A stretch of 64,000 bases of DNA from Zancudomyces culisetae HAW-14-8 (taxonomy: Eukaryota; Fungi; Kickxellomycota): the NCBI GenBank assembly GCA_052426225.1, contig JBNJNM010000012.1:124001-188000 (forward strand), read 5' to 3'. How positions within the stretch are numbered: the first letter of the stretch is position 1; the number at the start of each line of letters is the position of its first letter. The translations under genes and the position numbers were made by a program. Under the pieces are notes generated by a model that was not told the origin of the DNA, searched no databases, and saw only the letters and a list, made by a program, of their open reading frames with translations. Positions 34,212 through 44,500 of the stretch are shown here, piece by piece.

Positions 34212-34622
34212 ATGGGGAAAACAAAGACGAGATCAAAAACGAAAACGAAAGCGAACGCGAAAAGTAACCCAATGGGACGCAAAATGCAGAATAGCCAAGG
34301 TCGTCACGACCTACTAGCTGAAATCAATTCACAGAATCTCCACAAATACACTACTAATACTAATACTACTACTACCACAATAACAACAACGGGAACAACG
34401 GGAACAAACATTGAAGATTTAAATTCAACCCAAGAATCCACCTCGAAAACAGGTGCAAAAGTAAAGATCGATGCAAAGAGTCGTAAACGCGAGGATTATA
34501 AACGGCTTCTGAGCATAGTTGGCCGTGAACACCGGGCGGCGCACGCCAAGCTGGGTCCGACACACGATACGGATATCCGCGAGGGCGTATCCGATATTCT
34601 CTCCAAACTATCGACTCTATAA
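34212..34622 (+). CDS. Hypothetical small basic protein (136 aa)
   Basis: ATG-initiated ORF, GC-richer than its flanks, with a Lys-rich N-terminus and poly-Thr tract. No family recognised. Confidence 0.55.
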   Translation: MGKTKTRSKTKTKANAKSNPMGRKMQNSQGRHDLLAEINSQNLHKYTTNTNTTTTTITTTGTTGTNIEDLNSTQESTSKTGAKVKIDAKSRKREDYKRLLSIVGREHRAAHAKLGPTHDTDIREGVSDILSKLSTL

Positions 34623-35059
34623 ACCCTTCTCCCCCCCTCCCCTCCCCTCCCTTCTCCATCATACTTTTATTTTTGTTTTTGAATTAATGAGATTATTATT
34701 AATTTTTATAGACTAGTGTTGCTTCTTTTTTTTCTTATTCTTTTTCTAAAAATGCTGTAAATATTAATTTTTGTAGAGTAAAAAAAAATAATAATAGTAA
34801 TTGAAAACTTGGTTGGTCAATTTTAATTTTATTGTAGATTTAACTATAGACGTATTTTACAATAATAATATAAAAATACCAAGATATATACATTTACTCG
34901 TTTTCTAAAACTTCTGCTACATATATACATGAAACAAATCCTTACATTTCGATCAACTCTAGTATTTTTGGTTCAGCAATTTGAAACAAAAAAAAGCTAA
35001 ATAATAGCAAGAAAAGAAAAGAAAAAAGGACACTCGAAATTCAAAATTCAAAATTCAAA

Positions 35060-35356
35060 ATGCACAGCTACAAAAACTACAACAATCAACTCAACACTTT
35101 ACACCGCCATACCATCAAACGACCCCTTTCAGTAATCACCGATCCGGCATTCCGCGTCCCCCTTGCCCAATACAATGCTGCAATGCTGCCAAACTCCTTT
35201 AGCCAAATCAAATGGGTATCCAAAATCGCTCTCGACACTCTATTTGTCCCATTCTTCCAGTCCTTTTTGTTCACCTCAATCAAAGTTATTCTTGGCTGGT
35301 GGAAACGTGGTGGACTTGTCGGTGTCTATAGACGCAACTTTGGCAAGAAAAATTAA
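35060..35356 (+). CDS. Hypothetical small membrane protein (98 aa)
   Basis: ATG after an A-rich context, GC-richer than flanks. C-terminal hydrophobic segment (IALDTLFVPFFQSFLFTSIKVILGWW) followed by a basic tail. Vaguely Mim1/DUF1770-like. Confidence 0.5.
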   Translation: MHSYKNYNNQLNTLHRHTIKRPLSVITDPAFRVPLAQYNAAMLPNSFSQIKWVSKIALDTLFVPFFQSFLFTSIKVILGWWKRGGLVGVYRRNFGKKN

Positions 35357-35530
35357 GTTTTTTATTTATTTATTTATTTTTTCTTCATTATTGTTGAGGA
35401 GAGGAGAGAATAAAGTAAATATAGAATGTTTGAGTATAATATTAGCAATATAGAGTTTATTAATATATAAATAAAAGCACACAAAATAAAAGAGAATAAA
35501 AAAAAGGAAAGCCTAAAAGCCTAAAAGCCA

Positions 35531-38500
35531 CTAAGAAACCTCCTCATCTTCAACATTAAACAGCCAATGGTACTGTAAAATTAAATTTTTAACTATACTT
35601 TGGGCCTGTCCCAAATTCGACATTGTCAACATAAAATTGGCATCGCCTGGCGGAGGATGTAGCAAACTAGGACCAAATACAAGAGCTAGGTTGGAGCCAT
35701 ACATATGGTTGATTTCTTCATAATCAGTGACACGTTCCAGATGCTCAATCAAACACTTGAGCGTCACAAAGTTGTGTCGTGGAAGGGCGCCTATCAGGTC
35801 CTTGATGGACCACAAACGCTCGTCATAATCAGTAATGTCAGCAGCAGCAATAAAGCCAGAATACAGGTTGTGTGGAATAAGAGGCTCTGGCAAATCACGC
35901 AAAAACTGTTTCAGCAGGCCAGAAATTGCATTAATGTCGGGAAAGGCGTCGGGACCAATATCGATATTCTCAGGGTCAACAGAATTGAATAAAGTGCGCA
36001 GTCTGGAAACCTCGGTTGCAGAGCCAGAGACTCTATAAATTCCAACCTCCTTTAAGCCACGAGTTTCAATTTCGCGGATACACTTGAGGAGAACGGCAGG
36101 TGGAGTGTCTGGGTCAGGCATTAAGGAAGCAAGATCGACACCAAAGACTCGAGTGGCAGGCTTTTGGGTGCGAACACGGGACTGCTGGGACTGGACAAGA
36201 GTAGCATCGGAAATAGATAGGTTGTCAGTCGAAGGTGGCGACGAAGAAAGAGAGAGGTTGTTGCGCTTCTTGGCTTCCTGTACAAAAACAGTTAGGCGTC
36301 TGGCAGCAGCTTCGGTGGCAGCATCGCGAATGGCGACTATCCAATCATCCATCTCAGCTTCACTAGGAGCTTGCAGGTAGTGTTGACCACCTTCTTCGGT
36401 AACAATACGGAATACAAAGTCCCGCTTTGCATTCTGCTCGATAGTGATTGTGGAATTGATGAGATTGATCACATTGGCGGGCTTTTGTGATGAGTTGCGA
36501 TCAATAGGAAGCGAAGAAGAGTCCTTAGAACTCGAAATTGAATTTATACTTGAATGCAGATTTGAATTTGAACCCGAGTTTGTAGGCAAGATACCATCAG
36601 TATGGGAATAAATGACAGAATTGGTTGAATGAGAATAGGCTCTGGCAGACAAGCCACGGTGAGGAGTAGCAACTTCGTAGGAACCTGAATTAGTCTGTTT
36701 ATTAGAATGTGAAACTGGCAGTGCATCCTTTTGTGTGTCCAAAACATGATTATCAGTAGCAAGAGAAGAAGAAAGGGATGAAGAAAGGGAAAGGGAAAGG
36801 GGAGTGGGAGGGGAAGAAGATGAAGAAGAAGTTGCATTTGGAAAGAGAATGTCATAGCCATCTTCATCCACACAATAATCATCAAGAGCATCTAGTTTTG
36901 AAGAAGTTGGTTTTTGCAAAAGATTAACAGAGTCGTTGTTGGTATAATCATCAGGGCCAGCAGTTGTAGTTGTAGTTGTAGTTGTAGTTGCAGTTGAAAT
37001 TGGAATTGAACCTGGTGTTGCAATTGAGTTTAGATTTGGGTTTGAGTTTGGGTTTAGATTTGGGTTTAGATTTGGATTTAGATTTGAATTTGGATTTAGG
37101 GTTGAGGTTGGATTTGGATTTGGAGCAAGAGAAGTTTGCTCAACCTTATCCATAAGATTCTTGAGTTTCAGTAGTGGCTGATTGTTCGCGTCACGAAGCT
37201 GTTTTTCCTTGATTTGTCTCTTGAGCATTTTGGTTCGCTCTATACTCATCTTTTCCAAAATCTTTCGGCGCTCTCTATACTCCCGATCCAACTTTTGTCT
37301 CTCAATCGATTCATGGCGCTGCTTTTCAACCTCATTCTGCACTAGCCGGGTAAATGGCTTGACTAACGAAATAACTGTTCTTGCCAATGGTGGTCCCGGA
37401 TGCATTTGGTAGCTAAACGACCGCGATTGGCTGTTATGGTCCGTAGACATATTATCGGAAGTAGAAGGCGTTGTTAGCCGCGAGGACGACGAAGCTGTAA
37501 AGCTATTGGATATAGATTCATCAGAGTTGCTCTTTATGCCATTTTCGCCTGGCTGAGGAATGCCTGAGGGAGCAGAAATATTCCCACTGAGTTTTCTAAA
37601 AGATTGAGGATACAAAAACCTGTTGAACCCAAGTTTGGACTTGATATTTGTCGCCAGAATTTCTTCATCGCTATCGCTGCTGCTTTCGGCATTTGCACTT
37701 GCATTTGCATTTGTATTAGCGCTAACATTTGTATTTGCATTTGCATTTGCATTTGCATTTGCATTTGCATTTGCATTTGCATTTGCATTTGCATTTGCAT
37801 TTGCATTTGCATTTGTAGTGTTGGTTTTTATAGGATATCCAAAACTGTCAAAATTGCTATTTTGGCGCGGATTCTTTGTTTGAACTTGAATTTGCATCTT
37901 GGATTTAGATTCATTGTCGCCATACCCCATCAACCCAAGCATAGAATCTGCCATGTAGGTTTCGTTATTTGCATTTCCACCAGAAATCGATCGAAGAGCG
38001 AGATCGGAAGGACTGGCCATACTGTTGCTGCGAGGGTTGTTTTTGAATTCAAGGACTTTGATTGGGTTGGAACGAAGCGTTCCTGATGGGGAAAAGTCAC
38101 GCTGTTTCTTGGAAAAGGTGTCCTCGCTGTACAACGAGTTTTTGGTCAACGATACACTGTTGGAAACCGAAGATCTGTTGGTATAGAAAAACTTGGATAG
38201 CTTGTTTGGATTGGTATTAAAGCTAAAGGCACTAGTCAGGTTAGTCAACACCGATCCATCTGGATTCGTTTGCATTTGGTTTGGTTGAGCCGAAAACGTT
38301 GAAAATGATTCGGCATACAACGGAATGGCATTTTCTTCATTGGCTAGCGAACGAAGCTGCTTAAGGATATAGTATGAGCCAGAGACTTGGGCTTTAAGTC
38401 CGGCAAGATCAATACGCTGAGCAACTGGCAACGATATAGCATTAACACATTGCTCAGATAAGCGGTAGCACACACCCATCATCGTGTGGATGTTTTGACG

Positions 38501-41500
38501 CTTGTTAAAGTTCAGCAGCTGCGTCTTTGAGGCTGCCAAATCCACATCTAACAAATCGGCAGAGTCATAGTACAAACTGATAATGTTTTCCAACAGCCAG
38601 CCAATACATGGCACATAAATGTCGTCATTGGTATGGTAGTCGTCCATCAATGCAATGGTGTGCTTGGATACATCGAATTCGTTGGCTGAAACCATGGACT
38701 CGCCTGTAACTAGAGCAGCCCGCGTGTGGAACCACCGGTCAAACGACCAGTCGCGTACACCCTTAAGCAGCAGCTCCAGTGTTGATAATGTCACGTGATG
38801 GTCTACAGCCACCTGGTTCCACGCACGGCTAAACAACCGAGACTCTGGACTGACCAATGCAGATGCGATTGCCCGCTCTACAAAACCTGGTACGTATTTG
38901 GAATTGCGTGTACCAACCAGCCGTCTGGATGAGCGTCTTTTGGTTAGAGTTCCAGGTAAACCACTGGCTGCAGCAGCCAAGTTTGTGGCAGAAGGAGAAG
39001 AATTGATAATAGTTGGGCCAGCTGAAAATAACCGTGATCGATCAGAAGTAGTTGTAGTAGTTGTAGTAGTTGGGTTTGATGAATTTGATGGATTAGTTGT
39101 GGTTGTGGTTGTGGTTGTAGTTGAATTTGTTGGAGATGAAATACCCATTCCAAAACCAAAATCTAAATGCGACTTGGACAACTTGCGAGAATCATAAGTT
39201 GGCAAAAGCTGATTAAGACCAAAAGTAGTGCGAGAAGAGGGCTGAGACATCAAGGCAGATTCAAACGCATAGCTGGCGCTTTGGTCTGACGTTGATCGAC
39301 ACAAATGAACGATATACACAAAGAACTTGATACGATGGATGCGCTCGGCCAGGTCGATGTTGCGATCAACTATCTGCTGAATAGTCCACATCCGAATAAA
39401 CTTGTGTAAGTCCAACAGGTTTTGAATCGACTGTGGTAAATACGAAACCAAGCTTTTGCTGTCATTATTGCTACCCATCGCCGCAAGGTTATTGGAATAG
39501 TCGTAGAAACCTGTACTTCCAGATGACAAGACACGGCCCGAACCAAGGCTGTTGATCAGAGACATACCAATGGAGCTACGGTACTTGCCAGAAATCGAGC
39601 TGTTGCTGGTTCTGTTCAGATCCGTTCCATCTACTCGCCTCCGCAACGCATTTTCCAAAACCATATAGATATCTGAAATCAGTAAATCGTCGTCAGAATA
39701 TGAACTGGTTCGTTTAAACGAATACCATCCCAACGGCACGCGTGTTTGAACTTCCAGAAACCCAAACGTTTTTTGCCAGTCCTGCTTGGAACAGGACGAG
39801 TAACATGTCTGCACAAGCCGATTCAGCGAATCTAGAATTTCCATTGGGCTGTTGTTATCAATTGCCAGGCTTTGTAGGTGGCTTGAAATTATTTGTGGTG
39901 CTGGATTTGCTGTTTTAACTGCCAAGCTTGCTGTTTTCAGCTTTGATGACGAACGTGGTGGAACATTGGTAGTCTTTTGTTGTGAACGTGCTGGTAATGG
40001 TAGCTGTAGTGACAAGGACAGTGATGTTTGCAGGGGTAGTCCTACTGGTAACAATGATGGTGTTGGTGACATTGGTGGTGATGTAGACAATGGAGATGGA
40101 GATGGTGTTGGTGATGACGACGACGATGGCAAAAGCAGTGATTCTTGTTTCAACTTGAGACGTTGTAACTGTTCATCGTTGATTTTTCCAATGCCAATTT
40201 TTTGCTGCAAAACAATATCATTTAATGTAAATCCGGATGGAAGTAACAGTCTTATGGCAAAGATTTGTTGCAAAATATACGTCTTTTCCAACAAACTTTC
40301 GACAACCAGCGACACAAACTCAAATTGTGATGCGTTATTGTCATATAGTGTAACCAGACCTTGCTTATTCAAGCTATGTTCAAAATACTGAGAATCAAAC
40401 ATACTCACATTACTCTCTATAAACTTTAGCACATCCAGTCTATCCGTAAAATCTTTTTCAACATGTCGCTTGCCTCCGCTGTGTGATTTCAATACATCAA
40501 CCAGCTTTTTCAGAAACGCCGATGTGGCCTGTAGTAATGAATAGTTGCCAAGGAAATCTTCAATAAACACGCCAGTCCATTCGCAGAGCAGGTCCAAACA
40601 TCGACTTAAAACCACTGGACTACCCAATTTGATCTTACCGTCCTGTTGGCCAACAAAACATGTAGCGTCAAGGTGTCTGATGATATCCATTCCCACGTTG
40701 AAGTGACGGTACGCTGTCAAAAACGACTTCATAAACGAGACTCTATCCAAAAACAGCTTTGGTCGTTCTCCTGGCAAGATTTCCAGGGGCTCGTTTGTCT
40801 CTAGTGAGGTTTTGATTGTTGGTGCTGCAAAATCCAAACCTTCAGTTGCTATTTTGATCAAATGGCTAGTGTGCGCCGCCTCAACCTGTACAAAATATCC
40901 AATTGGCTTCGAGAAATCTTCTACATAGTTAGTACCTCCGCCCGCTCCGTTTGTTCCGAGATACATTCCATAGCCTCCGGAATTGTTAAAAAGCAGATTG
41001 GTCTTTGGTTGCTCAGCACTCAGCAAAGCACTTGAACCGCCACCATTTAACGCAGTTGAAATGCTCGAGCGTCTGCTCGAAATACTTCCAGTTCTGCTAT
41101 CTATACTTGCGCGTCGCGATGATCGCATTTCACTAGTAGCATACTGTATTTTGATTATTTTTAAAACCAACTCTCCCCCCAACCCAAAGACTACGGATCC
41201 CACATTCGATGTATACGACCGGAACAAATCCATCGATGTATTTGTTCCTGTAGCTCTAGATGTATTTTTTTTCCTTTTATGCTCGTCTTCGGCTTGTGAC
41301 TTTTTGGCCTCGTTTTCTGCCACCTCAGTGTCTGCGCTGCTTTTGTTACTGTCCTGTAGATTCAATGACTCCAAACCGAATGTTGGTTTATTTCGACTAA
41401 GGCTTTGCATATCAAAATGTTTGTCCTTTTCATCCAACGAATCAAGAATCTTTGGAAAGGTAAGACTCCGCTTGTGTGAAGAAATAGGGCTGTGCTTGTC

Positions 41501-44500
41501 TGCATCTAAATCATCAAGCGCAACTGTCTTTCCACGACTTCGACTATTCGCCCAGGGACTGATTGGGTCAGCCACAAATTGTTCCAAACGCACATTACTG
41601 TCTTTGAGATTGTCTAATTCCTCCGTTGTTTTCAGAGATTTGTTCAGCACAAAAAGATTCTGGCTAAGCTCTAGATGCTTTGAAGAATTCTTTAAATCAA
41701 ATGAAATTGTCTTGGAGTTGGCTGACAACCTTCGAATCGTTTTGATTTTAGCCTCTTTTTGTTCCTTTACAGCCAGTTTTGTCGTTACAGCCGCTTTGCC
41801 TGTCTTCCATGAATTCAAAGAAAGTCTATTCAATGGGCTAATCCATTGCAGTACATTTGTAGAGGGCACAGTTTCCGGACAAACAAGAGGAAGAATTGTT
41901 GACGATGTGAACTTCAACCCTTCTTCAGTCCTTACTGTCGCCGGCTGGGTGATGTAGCCATTTTTCAATGCCTCTTCCTCAGACACATCCGCTTGAATCA
42001 ACTCGTCACTCAAATCTGTAATGCTCGCTTCTGCTTCAAGTGATTTAGCAATCACATAATTCAATCCTTCGCTATCATCAAGCTTTAAAAGATGTGAATC
42101 TGGCATCATTGCTGCTGACTGTGATATAGTTTTGAGATACACTTGGATGTCTCCGTTTATCAAAGGCTCTTGGCCATATTTCATACTTTCCCCTTCCTGC
42201 ACATACTCAACCCTTTCGCTGTTTAGCTGTTTCATAAACTCAGCTATTCTTTGTCCATGCATATCATCTTTCCTTTTTTGAAGTACTTCAATTGCCCGAT
42301 GCGCCGACTTGTACATTTTTATATACTTTGTAAACACTACTGCTTCTTCTGGTAGCTGCTCGCTTCCACTGAGTGATAGAATCGCTTTATTCATATAGTG
42401 TTTGCCTATTTGACAGACGTTTTGTCTAATCACTCCATAATACGGCAGTGCCACAAAGTCTCTGTTAAGTGGCTCTATTACCAATGGTTGGAAACTTCCC
42501 TTCTTGTACAACTCATCAGCATTTAGGCAAACCATGTTGCTGTGTAATAGCTGTGGAATCCATTTGGTTACCACCAACATTTTCCACTCCACAGGAACAC
42601 TAAACCACGTTTCTCGCAGCCTGGCTATCGGTGGGGACGTAATCGCAACCGCAATCGCCGACCACGCAACTGCATCTCCCAACATTCTACTTGACTCTCC
42701 TATCTTAATCCAATGAAGCAACACGTCACCTCGCTGTGTAGCTTGGTTTGGCTGGAGCTCTGTAAGTAATTGATGAAAAATCTGTTGTACAAGAAAATGT
42801 GGCTCATGCATTGTGTAAAACAAACTGTTCGTACTCTCACTCTCTCCCTCCGCTCTACTCACACTGCCACATTGACTATCTCCTGCCATCGTTCCCTGCA
42901 GCCCCAATGTCGTAATTCCATTATAATTCCGCGAAAATGAATTCTGCCCACTTCTTTCCGCCCCTGGCAGCCCTATCGTCAGCAAACTCTTTGGAACAAT
43001 TTTGCGATCTGTCTCCTCTCTACTTCTTGGCAAATATCTCTTGATATCCAAAACATCTGTGTTTATCAATGCCTCTGCATGGAATGCGTATATTTGTTTG
43101 GCAAAATACTCCGGCTCCAGCTTCAACAACAATCCGCTTGTCAGCCCTGTCACTCCCAGATTCTGTAACTCCGTATTTAGTCTAGCTATATCATCACCTA
43201 CCACTCTACACACTTTTTTCTTACTGACACCATCTCTACCTACATCCCTGCTCTCTTCTTCAGCCTCTCCACTACGCGCTCTATCATTCGCCTCTGTTTC
43301 TGCTCCAAGCGTCCGTGTCTCGCTGACTTTATGTTTTAAAACCGGGTTGTGGCTTTGTGTCTCCAATGAAACCATACCTTCAACTAAACAATCCAGTCTC
43401 ACCAATCCTCCTGTTACCATTGAAGCCGAACTCTTCAATCGATCCGCCAACGCTTTTATCCTACCCACTTGGTTTTCATACAACTTATTTTTGCTAATTC
43501 CGCACAGCTTCTCTAGCAAATACACATAATTCTCCAGATAGTTGCTATTGCGTTCCTCTGTTTTTTCTATCATCCCTAAAACTTGCTCTAGAGCATCTAT
43601 AAACTCGTCTGTTTTAATAAAATCCTCGTATGTCGCCGCCAGAGCCTTTAAATATAGTTGTGTTTTGCTCTGTCCCTCGCTGGACATTATTATTTTTCTA
43701 AGTATCCCATTTGCTGTTCCTCCAAAAAAGCTCCCGCTTTCAAAAATTGTACTTATTTTATCTTCTTGTTTGTTGACTGGTTGTACCGTATCGCCTTTTT
43801 TGGCCACCTGATTATCCATCTTTTTATTACCGTCCCTTTCCGAACTTTCCTTACCATCAGCGTCCTTGTCACTGTTTTGAGTTTTAGATAAATTCTTTCT
43901 CGGCAAAACCTCTTCGGATTGTTTTATATAATCAGCTTGTGTCTTGCTGTCCTCAGTTCGCTTATTACCATTCCTCTCTCCGACCCCCCATCCTTGGTTA
44001 TACTTTGCCTGTGTATTATAGTTATCTCTCCCCCCTCTACTTACCTCTTGTGTTTTCTTGATAAGCCTGTTTTGTTCTCTAGCTTTCAACCGCATCTTAT
44101 GTCCGTATGACGCTTTGGCAACTGCAAACCTCGACATCCAATTGTTCTTGGCATCCGATGTAGTTGCTACAAACATTCGACTTGTTCTCGCATTCCCTGA
44201 CACATACATTTGGAATCCCACTGCCGCTCCGGCTGTAATCATTCCTGAATAGTCCTTGGAGAGTGTAGATGTTTGTGTCATTACTGACGAGACAGACTGG
44301 TTCCCAATCGAATACAAACTACTCCTACTCGATACCATATTTCCAAACTTTCCCTGCGTCCTTACTCCCATAAATTGTACATCCGTAGACTCTAGCACCT
44401 CTACATTCTTCATACTATATACCGCATGGCTTTTCCACTTTGTGAAATGACCTTTTCCCTTTATACCCAACTCTGCACTAACCAACGACGAATTGTCGTT

